Part shown: piece after piece, positions 26,626-39,224 of the stretch
Position numbering within the stretch: position 1 is the first letter of the stretch
Layout: every line of letters starts with the position of its first letter
Origin: Podarcis tiliguerta
Lineage: Eukaryota
DNA length: 64,000 bases
Direction: 5' to 3' (one strand)
Assembly: GCA_965153285.1 (NCBI GenBank)
Contig: OZ229110.1
Made by a program: the position numbers and the translations under genes
Notes under the pieces: generated by a model
The model's input: the letters and a program-made list of their open reading frames with translations, nothing else
Database searches by the model: none
Told to the model about the DNA's origin: nothing

Positions 26626-27126
26626 TAAAAGTGCAGTTTTAGATTCAATGGGTGTTTTGTATTGAAATCTGGCAGCTGTTTTCAAGGCACTATGTAAGGA
26701 TCATTCAAACTGTGTTTGGTTTTGGCCAGCAAAATTTCCATAACTGTTATGGGAGATGAGATACCTCATGTATTAGATGGTCTTCTGTGGATTCTCACTT
26801 TATCTCTGAGTGATATTTTTGTGTTCACAGATGTATTTTTAGTCTGCATGGCTTCTGGTTTCTTTACACATCTTTATTTATTTACCCTAGCCATCACAGG
26901 CCAAATTTGAAAAGTGTGCTGTGCCACCCACTGGATGATCAATCACCTGATATCACAGTGGTGATCATCAGGACTTCATAGCATCATGCATCTTTTTTGC
27001 AACTTTATCAGACATGATCCCATGATCTGTAGCTGGATTTTTAGATGGATTGCCTTTCAGAGGTGTTTCTATCCCAGTAATTCCATAGAGACAAAAGGTT
27101 ACAGCATAACTTGCCATTATTTAGGG

Positions 27127-27264
27127 CAGGGGTAGCTAATATGGTCACGTCCATACATTGGTGGACTACAGCTCCCATCAGCCCCAAGCAGCATGGCAAA
27201 TGGTTCAGGATGGTTGAAAGCGCAGTCCATCAACACCTGGAGAGATCTCCAATGTCTGCCTCTG
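27127..27264. mobile_element. Degenerate hAT MITE
   Basis: ggactacagctcccatcagcccc core. TSD atttaggg / atttagag. Confidence 0.65.
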
Positions 27265-27986
27265 ATTTAGAGCATTCTTGGGATTCATTTAGAAATCTAG
27301 GGGCAGCCACCCAATCTTTTTTGCCACTTGAAGTGGAATGGCTTGCTGCCAGTGTTGACAACTTACTTGTCTGTCCACTGCTGCATGACACTGCCACCTT
27401 CTCTGTGCAGGAAAATCTAGCAAAACTGTTCCACAGAAAATGTGGTTCTTCATCACGTGGATGTCTGTGAAGGAAGGTATGACACTGCTTCCTCCTTTAC
27501 TAGTTGCTTTAAAATTTAAGTGCCTTTAGGACACAGATTTAAAATCTACATTAGCCAAATGACAGCACGGAATAACAGATAAAAAGGGAACAGATGGGAG
27601 AACTCAGGTTAAAAGTTAATGAGAGCTCCTTTCATTAACACAACTTGTTGGTATTATATACAGTGCTTGCCTTAAATCCTAAAAAAATGAGGAAAGAGAG
27701 ATCTCTCTTTAAGCTATGGTTCTTTCATGGGAAGGGATAATAGGGACAAAATGAGAAATTCAGCTTTGGTATAGGTCTAGTATAAGAGACACCCTGTCCC
27801 AAATAGTGAAAAATGCCTGATGGCTAACTGAGATGATCCTGATTGAAGCAGCAGAATAAAATGGAGGAAGAAACACCACCAAAGTGGCAAATTGTGATAC
27901 ATCAAGCATAGGCCAGATCAAGTGCAAAGATTCCCCATTTTGCATATTGTGCCATTTGGCAAAGGAAGAAGCCATAGAGGTCAGTA

Positions 27987-28334
27987 AAGGTATGGGACCC
28001 CTGACTGTTAGGTCCAGTCACAGACAACTCTGGGGTTGCGGCGCTCATCTCGCTTTCTTGGCCGAGGGAGCTGGCATACAGCTTCCGGGTCATGTGGCCA
28101 ACACGACTAAGCCTCTTCTGGCGAACCAGAGCAGCGCACGAAACGCCGTTTACCTTCCCGCTGGAGTGGTACCTATTTATCTGCTTGCACTTTGACATGC
28201 TTTCGAACTGCTAGGTTGGCAGGAACAGGGACCAAGCAATGGGAGCTCACCCTGTCGCGGGGATTCAAATTGCAGGCCTTCTGATCGGCAAGTCCTACGC
28301 TCAGTGGTTTAGACCACAGCGCCACCCACCTCCC
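27987..28334 (-). mobile_element. Sauria SINE, antisense
   Basis: Same consensus on the minus strand. Imperfect TSD catagaggtcagta / catagacatcagta. Confidence 0.9.
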
Positions 28335-29152
28335 TCATAGACATCAGTACTCTCTTGCAAATACGAAACCTGTCTCTGCATGCCCTGCCATCAATTCCTA
28401 ATTTTCTGTTACCCTTGTCCTTCTGTCACCTCCTTCAGGCTGTCCATCTACCTTACACCACCCTCTTGAGCAAGTATTGTTAAAGTCTCATTGCAAGTTA
28501 CTGCTTGTCACCCAAGTGGAAGAGATTGCTCTGTAGTAGTTGCTTGTTTCTTCTTTAAAACATCTTCTGATGGGGGAAGGGGGAGTTTTTTGTCTGCTTT
28601 CCTTTAGTTAATGTCAGTAACTCAACTGAGGTCTTAGATTAGCCTTCCACTAGTTCCAAAATATACTGCAGTTGAATTCTCCATGCAACCTACTTAATTT
28701 TATTATGTTGGGTTCTCGTCATGTTGCATACAACGCATTCCCATAAAAGTTGCATTTTGTATTTACAGAGAAATTTCTCTGGAGAGTTAAGGTCTTGTAA
28801 AACATTCTTGTTCTACAGCATGAACGAATTATTACACTCTGGGGCATTAAAAGTGAAGTGTACTGAAGAAAAGAATTTTTTCATTAAAATGCAGTTTATA
28901 TTGATAAAACAGATTACTAGCATTTGATGAAATGTGAAACTTGGATCTGCCCCTATCACTAAATCGCCGGTAGGTTTATTTTGGCAGGAAGACTAGAATG
29001 TAATGTATATCAGGACCAATCATTATGCAGTACCTGTTAGTTTTGTATTCAATTAAATTGTGCCTCAGTAAAGTAGTTGGAAGGTTGTGGCGGGGGGGGG
29101 GGGAACCTTGCTTATTCTATCTATCTTGAAGTAGCAGAATGTAGTAACCAAG

Positions 29153-29308
29153 NNNNNNNNNNNNNNNNNNNNNNNNNNNNNNNNNNNNNNNNNNNNNNNN
29201 NNNNNNNNNNNNNNNNNNNNNNNNNNNNNNNNNNNNNNNNNNNNNNNNNNNNNNNNNNNNNNNNNNNNNNNNNNNNNNNNNNNNNNNNNNNNNNNNNNNN
29301 NNNNNNNN
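29153..29308. other. Assembly gap (N)
   Basis: Run of n. Confidence 0.99.
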
Positions 29309-30025
29309 CTCTGCTGGCTTCTTACCTTTCTCAGTATCACAGCTCATATTTTCCAAGTCTGGGATGTGAGAAGCCACAAAGGGGAAAACCTATGGCAGAG
29401 AGCCTGCAGCCACTCCTATCTCTCTCTCTCTCTCTCTTGTTAAAGTAGTTAACTCTTGATTTACACATGTTCTCCTAGTGTGGATTGAATAGCCTGGTGG
29501 TTCGATAACAATTTGAAAATATTTAACGTGTGTGTGTAATATCCTCTATTTAAAAATGATGTGCTCAGCGCTTGGGCCATGCTGGAAACCATTGGGCCAT
29601 GCTGGAGGCCTGAGCTGCCCTGACTTGTGAAGCGTCAAACCAGCTTGTGCATATGTGGGGAATGAGGGTGGGGAAGGTCATCCCCCAGCCTATGGAAAAA
29701 GTAAGAGGCAGAATACACCAAAAACTTGTCTCAGAGGCCTCTCATGCCTCTAGTTCTCTGGACCCTTTTAGTTAGTTATTGATGTTTATGTGCCTAGAAC
29801 GTCATCCTTGTTCAGGGGGCACACTAATCTTTGCTTTATTGTTCCATTTCTTAGTTATATGTGCTGCTGAAACAACCACAGGCTCTGTTAGTGCAGGGAA
29901 ACTGCTGGTGGCCAGGATGAGAGCAGCATATTGTTGCAAGCTGGGTTTTTGTTTTGTTTTAGTTTTAGCATAAACAGCCACTCTTCTTAGGTGACTTTAC
30001 TCAAAGTCATATAATATGAGTAAGA

Positions 30026-30350
30026 ATTATTTATTATTTATTTGCCGCCCATCTGGCTGGGCCACTCAGGGTGGCTTCCAACAAATTATAAAACCACAGC
30101 AAAACCTTGCACATTAAAAACCTCCCTATACAGGGCCGCCTTCAGATGTCTTCTAAAGGTCAGATTGTTGTTTATTTCCTTGACATCTGATGGGAGGGCA
30201 TTCCACAGGGAGGGCGCCACTGCAAAAAAGGCCCTCTGCCTGGTTCCCTGTAACCTCACTTCTCACAGTGAGTGAACTGCCAGAAGGCCCTCAGAGCTTG
30301 ACCTCAGAGTCCAGGCTGAATGATGGGGTGGAGACACTCCTTCAGGTATA
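30026..30350 (-). mobile_element. L2-clade LINE 3' fragment
   Basis: gccttcagatgtcttctaaag...gggagggcattccacaggg...ggccctctgcctggttccc. Nearly identical family to 49885-50160. Confidence 0.8.
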
Positions 30351-31828
30351 CAATACATGTGTCCTTTTTTCATCTGGCTTGAGCCCCCCCCCCCCCCCGG
30401 CCGCAAGTGGCACAGTGATTCAGAGGACACTCTGATGGTGCACATGCTTCTGGAAAATGCCCCTATTTGGGGTACTCTGCCCCAGAACCATTTGTCTTTG
30501 GGTTCCTGCATTGTACTACTGCAAATGTTGAATGATGTGAGGGTGGGGTGTTGAGTGCAAGAGGAGCTGCCTTCACACTGAACCTATGAAAATTTCTCAC
30601 CTGTTCCTGAGTTAATGTTTACATTTATCACCTGTATTGGGCAGGCAAGGGATGCTGTCAGAAGTTATTATTTGCTCAATTTACTCAGTTGCTTTATTTT
30701 CCGTGTGCATTTTGTAGGTTGTTATCTTGTAGCAAGAAGCAAAACTACATGTATTTTTATAGATAGAGATCAGTCATTCTTTAAGAATGGGTGGGGCGAA
30801 TACATCAGTTGGGGGGTGTTACTTGGGATTTTGATTTTGTTGATATTTGAGGGATTGAAATGTTTTGTATCCTTGCACATTCACTTTATGACTTTATGAC
30901 CATTACCTTAGTGTAATCTACCTTGACAAATCTTGGAACTGGTTTTTGAACTCTGGTTAAATTGGAAAGCATTTTGAGGATTCATTGAGGGCAGTTTTCC
31001 AATGGCAAATTTCTCTACAATGTGTTAGTCGCCAGATTGTTGGTATGTTCACTCCCTTCTGAATAAAAAATAATAATAATTTTTGCAGTACTTTTTAGTG
31101 TACAAAGTGCTTTACTATTCTTATCTTAATTGTGATTTATATTTAATTCAGCATTTGCTTTGCCTTCTCTGAGTTATCAGTATGGATAGTTATCAGGCAA
31201 CCATTTGAACGTTAAAACTCTGTGGGCGGCATTTTTTCCTCACCGCTGACAACTGGATTTTGCAAAAGAAAGTTGAGTTACTGTAAGCATAGTGTAATGT
31301 ACTTTTCTGGAAACCTGGACATAGGTGATAAGAGTGGGAGCTTTTGAAAATAGGAGCCTTATTTTGGTGTACAGATGGAAACTAAGCTGCTGGGGTTGGG
31401 GCGTGGGAACCTGCCTATTTTGAAGTGAGGAGCACTAGAAAATCTGACTAACAGTTTTTTGTTTTTTGTTTGAAATGCTTGACTTTCTGCCTGCTTATAT
31501 TTTATATATATATTACTGTTCCGAAATGCTTTTTACAATTTAAGTGCTTTAAAAAATATAAAACACTACATTTCTATATATTTATTTTCTATATTTTCCC
31601 CCTTTCTATTTTTTTTTATTTATATCCTGCTTTTCTATGACAAAGCCCTCCTTAGGGCGGGATACAGTATATTATATTTTAAAAGAAAGCATAATAAAGG
31701 AATCTGAAATACAATCCACAAGGAATCTGCAGCATAATAAAGCGCACCAAGAAGAATAGCTTAAATTAAAAGAGACAACAGCTGGTCAGTGACTACCCAT
31801 AATGCTGCTGTAGAGCATCAGTCCAGGA

Positions 31829-32130
31829 CAGGGGTGGAGAACCTAAGGCCAAATGTGAGGCCCCTAGGCCACATCCATTCCCCAGCCATGCATTGTCTCC
31901 CCAGGCCTCAACCCTCACTATCCCTTCTTCACAATCTCCTTGAGTGTTTTTGCCTGGCTGGAATGTGTCTTTGACATCTGAAAAAGACTCTTATTTACCT
32001 TGGTGGGGGTGAGGGAGGTAGAAATTGGTCAGCTGTACAAACCTAAAGCTTGCACCCATTGTCTACCCACTTTAGCTTGGCTCCTAGCTACCACTGCTTA
32101 TCTGGGACTGAGAAAGGTTGGCCACCCCTG
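31829..32130. mobile_element. hAT non-autonomous element of about 300 bp (relatives at about 17535-17825, 37330-37440, 45548-46061 and 51001-51300)
   Basis: TIR caggggtgg / ccacccctg. TSD gtccagga / ttccagga. Confidence 0.75.
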
Positions 32131-33899
32131 TTCCAGGATATTGTGATTATTTTAAAGTGGAGGCTTCTCAGCTTTCCACCATCACATCCTTGAGGAAAGG
32201 TAGCCTGGAGTAGCCATTGAATATGGTAGCCTCTTCCAGGACACTGGATACTCAGTAGCTTCTCAGCAGTGATGGGTGCTGTTATTAGGTGTTTCCGCTT
32301 GAGTCTGGGCTTTCTGTCACAGTACTGGGGGAAATGAGAGACTATGAGTTTTTGTTTGTTTTAAATAAGGACTGGAATAATACTAGGGACCCTGCTGCCA
32401 GTACATCTGAGAAGCGGCTCATGCAACAGCTCAAACGTTCATGCAAAAGTTCATACTTACTGCTTGTTCTTGAAGTGTACCTCATAGTAATATATCAGAG
32501 GAAAGTCATTGCTGTTGTTTTACATGCAGGGGAATGGAATAATGGTGGATCTTGTCTTCGGTGTGTTTATGCAGTTTGGATACAGCAGGCTTTCTGAGAG
32601 ATACAACAGTGTCTTATGGGCACTTTAAAGACAACCAAATATATTATGGCATCCTCTGATACAACTTTGTCTTTGCAGCAACAAAATTACGTGGGTACCC
32701 CTCTGGGAACTTATGGCAGCTTGAAGCTTTTGGTTCCCCAAAGCATCCTAGGATTTTAAAGGTCATGCACAGCACCACGGGCAGTGCCTAATTTCTGTTT
32801 CATTCTCATTCCAGAATTTTCGTAGTATTGCTCTGGAAACACTTGCTCTGTAGCCTTGTCTGTAATTGATGCTTCTTCACCATTGCTTCCACAGTTTGTT
32901 GTACTGTGCCGTACGCAGAACACAAGAGAGAGATGGCATTTCTAATATTAGTTGACAAAAGCATCATACAGACTTTTTGGCTTTTCCTCAGACCAGATCC
33001 CTAATTGCCTTTTTAATGTGTAGCAAATGCATTATGCAAGTTGTTCACCTTTCAAGTCCTTGAGCCACTTTACTTCCTCAATCCTCTGAAAGGAATTGGA
33101 TCCTTCTTATAGTTATCTATTGTTGGAAGTTTGTTCCTGTATGCCCTTTTTTGCAGCATTCATTTTTGTGCGTGCCGCATTGCTGTCCCTATGGAATGAC
33201 CAGTGATTGTACACAAGTAATTCAAAATGGCATGCAGACTGTATTTACCGACTGCCTTAAGTGGTGGTGGTGATGGTGGGGTGGTGGAGTTCTGTAGCTG
33301 TAATTATATACCTTCAGGTGGGAAAGAGTGGAATAGCTTTGTAGTTCATTATATTTGGATATGGCACAACTTCATTCAAACTTTTGAATTCTTCAATAAG
33401 TCCTTCGACACTGCCACAGTTTCTTTCTCATTGTTTGGGGAACATTTTGGTAAGCTACTCCTCAGTTGTGGCAGAGTAGTAGTGTCTCCACTGGATTCTT
33501 AAAAAGTGAACTATTTCATGGTAAGTGTTTTCATTTTACAGCCTTAGACACTCTTATAGCTGCAGAATGGTTTTTAAAGTCCTCTATGTATGTGTCTTGA
33601 ATGCACTGGAAAAATTAAATTTATTTCTTCATTACTTCATTTATTAATTGAATGTTTATACTCCTTAAACTAGTAAACATCTGTAAGCAGTTTGCAATGA
33701 AAATAAGAATAAGAATGCAAACTGAAGTTAATAACATTACATTAAAACTGGATAAAACATGATAAAACACAACTGTATATCACAAATAGAATGCAGCAGT
33801 GTAAAAAATGATTTAATTAGTTAAGATTACCAAAGTTTTCCTGGGCTCTGACTCTTAAGTTTTTAAGAAGAATTGAAAGGTAATTACTGCCTCAGCTGC

Positions 33900-34700
33900 A
33901 CAAATTACCTGAGAGAGGGCATTCCAGGGAGTGGGTCCTATTGCCAAGAAAGCTTGCTTCTGTGTTGTAACCACATGTCAAGTCACTGGTTGTGGAATGA
34001 CCAGAATGCTCCCCTTAGAAGATCTTAAAGATTGACTTGGCCTGTACCGGGGAGACTGTCTGCAAAGTATCCTGGTCTCAAGTTATTTAGAACTTGAAGT
34101 GCCGACAGCAACAAAATTTTGAACTTGGCTCAGTAGCTAATAGACAGCCAGTGCACATCTTTCAACACTGGTGTACTATGTGTAAAACTAGATGCACCAC
34201 GACACAGTAGCAGTTACATTTTGCAGTAACTGCAGCTTCTTAACAAGCTGTAAGGGTAGTTCCACATACAACGCCTTACAGTAGTTGATTGTGAGGTTAC
34301 CAATGTACAGATTACTATGGCAAGGCTATCCAGAAACAGACATATGTAGTTAGTGCGCTGAATGAAATTGGTAATGGGTACTCAGAGCCACTGAGGTCAC
34401 CTACGCTCTAGCACCCATGATGAATCTAGGAGCACCCTCAAACCAAAGACTTTCTCCTTCAGAGGTAGTGCAACCCCCTATAAAGCTTGTATACCACCCA
34501 ATTCCTTTACCTGGTAACTGCCCATCCATAGAGTCCCAGACTTTGAGAATTCAGTCTGCCTTGACTTCATCCAGCACCAGTTTAGGACTTGCACAGACTC
34601 TCATGATTCAAACAGGGTTGTTTGTCATCAGCAAACCGGTGACACCTTGCCCTAAGCCAACTGCCATGGGTGCTGATTCACAGTCACCCAAGGCAAGTCT
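33900..34700 (-). mobile_element. Old degenerate L2 LINE ORF2 fragment (may extend about 33640-35130)
   Basis: Minus strand at 34621-34646 encodes CHRFADDK, resembling the RT catalytic CHQYADD. Also gagggcattcca, cagccagtgca (LHWL) and gaggttacc motifs. Confidence 0.7.
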
Positions 34701-36119
34701 GGAACTGACCCCATAAGTTGTAGGAAAACTGATGTAAAACAGTGCCTCCCAACCCAGATCTCACAAACACAGTTCAGGGGGATGCCATGGCAAACAATAT
34801 GAAAAGCCAATGGGAGTTGCAGGTGAATCAACAGAAACACAAGTCCCTCTCCAAAACAAGGTCATCCATTGGGGTGACTAAGACTGATTCTTTCCCAAAA
34901 CTGGTCCTGAACGCACACAGGAATGGCCCACATAGTCAGCTTCATCAAAGAAGGTCTGCAACTGAACCATTACCACCCTCAATCACCTCACCCAAAAATG
35001 TGTCTTGGTGGTTGGGTGGTAGTTGGTTTTTCAGAAGGGGCTGCACCTACTGTCAGACCAAACCTCCCCAGGCAGTAGTTTGACCAGACAAGGAGATAAT
35101 TGCAATCGCAACATCCAGAATGCCCGCCTCCAACTCTATATTTAGTGTGTCCCCTCTTCTATGTGGTAGGCTGATAACAAATCAAGACAAACCATGGTTT
35201 ACTTGAAAGGCATACAGTCCTGAGCTGTTGCTTAAAAAACAAGGATGTGTAAAAAAACATGTATAGCCCTGCTTTGGGGCCAAACTAAATAAGATGCTAT
35301 AGATTTGCCAGTCTTCTCTCAGACACACGTGTGCATGCCAGACCCTAGTGGAAATTCTCTTCAGATTTTCTGCTTTTATTACTTTACTGTTTCAGTTGTG
35401 TAGTATTATGTATGTTGCTCCTTCGCTCCTGCTTGTAGTAGATATTGGTTTACATTATTTCAGTTCACAGTGGGGGAAACCGAGTCACAGAGCAGTACTG
35501 CCCTAGTACAGCAAACCCCCTTTTTCCTCACTTAATTCTTACATTGGAGGAGCTTTTCATCAAAGGCTTTTGCTCAGATCCCTATTATCTCTGAGGTCTT
35601 TTATGCTATCGCTTCATCTGAATGTAAATGATCCCTCTTGGTTTATTCAGCTGTGCTACGGGAATGAGAGAAGGGTTATTTGCCACACACACACCCCGCC
35701 CTTTAGTGAGCCAAACAACCTCTGTCCTCTCATTGGTTGCCAGTTATCTGGGTGAAAATTTTGAGAGAAGGATGGCTATCCATTAGTCAGAATGGAAGGC
35801 ACCCAGGAAACAAAAAATGGATGATCAAGTAGGGATTTGGTTCCCTCCCACACATTTTTCTTCCTGTAGGGCAGCACATGATGGAACCCATGCAAGTTTT
35901 ACTATGTGACATCAAAATAATATAACTTCAGCTGTTGACAGTAACCTAGTCCTGAAGTCATCTATCCATATGTATGCCAGCAACTTATTATTCTGCAAGC
36001 ATCACTTCATTTTGGCTTGCAATAAGTCCTGTTCAGTCATCGTGCTGCAGTGGAATGTTTAAAGCCGAAATGTGGATTGGAATCTGTTTGTTTGCAGCAG
36101 ATGATTTGCCTAAGCTTTG

Positions 36120-36629
36120 NNNNNNNNNNNNNNNNNNNNNNNNNNNNNNNNNNNNNNNNNNNNNNNNNNNNNNNNNNNNNNNNNNNNNNNNNNNNNNNNN
36201 NNNNNNNNNNNNNNNNNNNNNNNNNNNNNNNNNNNNNNNNNNNNNNNNNNNNNNNNNNNNNNNNNNNNNNNNNNNNNNNNNNNNNNNNNNNNNNNNNNNN
36301 NNNNNNNNNNNNNNNNNNNNNNNNNNNNNNNNNNNNNNNNNNNNNNNNNNNNNNNGACANNNNNNNNNNNNNNNNNNNNNNNNNNNNNNNNNNNNNNNNN
36401 NNNNNNNNNNNNNNNNNNNNNNNNNNNNNNNNNNNNNNNNNNNNNNNNNNNNNNNNNNNNNNNNNNNNNNNNNNNNNNNNNNNNNNNNNNNNNNNNNNNN
36501 NNNNNNNNNNNNNNNNNNNNNNNNNNNNNNNNNNNNNNNNNNNNNNNNNNNNNNNNNNNNNNNNNNNNNNNNNNNNNNNNNNNNNNNNNNNNNNNNNNNN
36601 NNNNNNNNNNNNNNNNNNNNNNNNNNNNT
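36120..36629. other. Assembly gap (N) with a 4-bp called island gaca at 36356-36359
   Basis: Run of n. Confidence 0.99.
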
Positions 36630-36909
36630 ATGCTAATAGAAGAAGAAAGGTTCAACGTGCCTGTTACAAGCACTTTCATTTTCAGTTTATTTTAATCATA
36701 TGAAATTCCATATGAAAAGGTAGAAACATGTTGTGATCTATTAATTATGCCTCCCTTTTAATAAGAGCTAATATTTTCAGATAACGCGTTGGTTCTTTTT
36801 TCTGTGTTACTGTTCCTTTGCTTCAGAATGTGAAGCCTCTGAGGTAAGAGGTGAACTCACATCCTGTGAGGATGCCCTTTTTCAGCAATGACAAGCTCAC
36901 TTGAATTAA

Positions 36910-36964
36910 TGTGTGTGTGTGCGTGTGTGTGTGTGTGCGCGCGCGCACACACACACACACACAC
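36910..36964. repeat. (TG)n(CG)n(CA)n self-complementary compound microsatellite
   Basis: About 55 bp of uninterrupted purine-pyrimidine alternation. Confidence 0.95.
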
Positions 36965-37165
36965 TTTAAAAGCTATTCTTTGACCCTCTGGCCCTCTCCA
37001 ATCCTAACATTTGTGTTGTTGTGAATGTTTTAGATATTAATATACAAGGGAAGGAACACTATCATAGTACTAGGATGTTACAGTGATTTATCTGTTTCCA
37101 ACAGCCAACCTAAGAATTCATAGTGAGCATTGGATTGCTTGCTTGGGTTTTCTTTATTTAGGGCC

Positions 37166-37300
37166 CAGTGTTTCTCAAGCTTGGGTCCCCAGCTGTTGTT
37201 GGACTACAATTCCCATCATCCCTGACCACTGGTCCTGCCAGCTGTAGTGATGGGAGTTATAGTCGAACAACAGCTGGGGACCCAAGTTTAACAAACACTG
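37166..37300. mobile_element. Palindromic hAT MITE
   Basis: cagtgttt...cttgggtccccagctgttgtt / aacaacagctggggacccaag...aaacactg, with atttagg on both flanks. Confidence 0.8.
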
Positions 37301-39191
37301 ATTTAGGCCTTGCTAAGTGCAAAAGATCCTAGGGCTGAATGTGGCCCTCCAGGTCTCTCTCTGGCCCTTGGAATTCTCAACAGGCCACACCCATCACTTG
37401 CCCTGCTTTTCACCCAGAATGTTTTGCCTTTCTGGACAAAAGTAAAATTTCCATTCCCTGCACTGTTGACATTTTCCTGTGGTATTTAACACCATGTCCA
37501 TCTTGCCCTTACAACAGACTGGTCATGTATATGGTTCTAGGTTCAGGGCTCATTCCCGTAACCCAGTATCAGTTCTGGTACTCGGCTCTAGGACCTGTAA
37601 AATTATTATTAAAGACATGGACTTATTCAGAGAGACTTTTCTCCACTACTGGGTATTTGTAGCCATTGCCCATGTCCTGAGTTAGTGGTAAAGATGTCCT
37701 GGTTAAATGGTCGTCACGAGCCCTGCCAATGTTTCCTAGTGCTAGCTAGGGTAGGACATAGTTTTGGGCAACTGTCAAAAAACAGTAAGTGCACTAGTTT
37801 TGCTCAGTGATAAAGATGGTGTGCTTGTATGCTAGTTGGGTTCATTACCATCCTGGCTAGCATAGGCCAACAGTGCATCATTTGCCAATGCCTCACCTTC
37901 CTGGCCGTTAGTAGGGCAGAATAAAATACAGTCTTAAATTTGCAGTTGTTTAGCTGCTACTGGGTCACAGTTCAATTCCTATTTGTGCCCATTCTGACTT
38001 TTGGTGGGTGTGAGGTTGTGAAATACGTGGTTTCGCTGCAGTTTCACATCTGCCTTGATGCCATTTCAATTCTTACTCTCTTGCCCGTTTCCATCCCCAG
38101 TATGGCATTGAGTATATGCATGACATCTTGCCTAATGGGTCTACTGCCACTTGTCAAGAGGAGTTGTACCTTGGTATTAATAGACTTCTCAGTGACTTCT
38201 CAGTGATCTTTGATAGTATCACCCATATCACTCATGATGTAATTAGGCATGTTTGAGGGACATTGTAGGTATGATTCATTCATTCCAAGGAGCAAGAGCC
38301 CTTCTTATCTTGCTCTTGGAGTTTTTGCATTCTAGGCTGGCTTCTCAGGTTTCCATTTTTGTTCTCCCTCTTGTTCAATATGTATGTGAGATTGCTAGAT
38401 TGTATTGTGTAATAGTGATGGCACCCAGCTGAATTTCTTCAGACCCCAGCCTTGCTGTTTTGGTTCTCTTTCAAGGCTTGCCTGATGCTGAAGCACAAGC
38501 TGAAATAGGAAGGAATTAACACATGTACAAAGAGCTTAAATAGTCAGCCAAAAATTCAACTCATGCGTTCACGTGCGTGGATATTTGTCGGATTGGTTCC
38601 TTCATTACTTCTGAAAAGTGGTCTGTTTAAAGAATATTTTTCAGATTAAAATAATTCATCATCATCACTTTGATTATTATTATTTATTTCTGACAGGTTT
38701 TATACCCAATATAACACAACATTTAAAAATACACCAAAACCGGTAGAACCATGTAAAATAACATTCAAATATATTTTAATTACCATATAAAAGGGCTGTA
38801 TATTTGAGGAATTACACCTATAAAGGACAGACCTATGTGCTATCCTGTCTGAGGTTTCTAAGACCAAGACCTTCTGTACCGCAACAGAGTAGCCTAACTT
38901 GGGAATTTTCAGGTCATGAGTAATGGTCAGTAGGAGTGAATCACGAGAAATGCGTTATAATCATCACTAGATTACTTCCCCATAAAAGTTTATGAAGGCT
39001 GTCCTGGCCAGAGCCACAAACTGAACTTCTTCTTGTGATTCTGCATTTAGGAGCATGTCAAGTATTAACATGGCACACCAGAGAAGATCAAACACCTTAA
39101 GTTATTTGTCTCCAGTCTTACCCAGGTTATTAACACTTGCATACCAAGATTAATCCAAGCACCTTCTTAATAAAAGACAATTGCAGATAAC

Positions 39192-39224
39192 CCAACCAAC
39201 CAACCAACCAACCAACCAACCAAA
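39192..39224. repeat. (CCAA)n microsatellite
   Basis: Direct reading. Confidence 0.9.

Noticed and set aside
33466-33526. Strong donor ATG|gtaagt at 33520/33521
   Set aside because: No convincing upstream acceptor to define an exon.
35974-36703. Long ORFs of 190-264 aa here and at 29065-29448, 43902-44357 and 54474-55268
   Set aside because: Artefacts of translating N runs.
38690-38790. Possible next GTDC1 exon after tttctgacag
   Set aside because: The translation does not resemble GTDC1, it stops within about 30 codons, and the context looks like a LINE/SINE tail.
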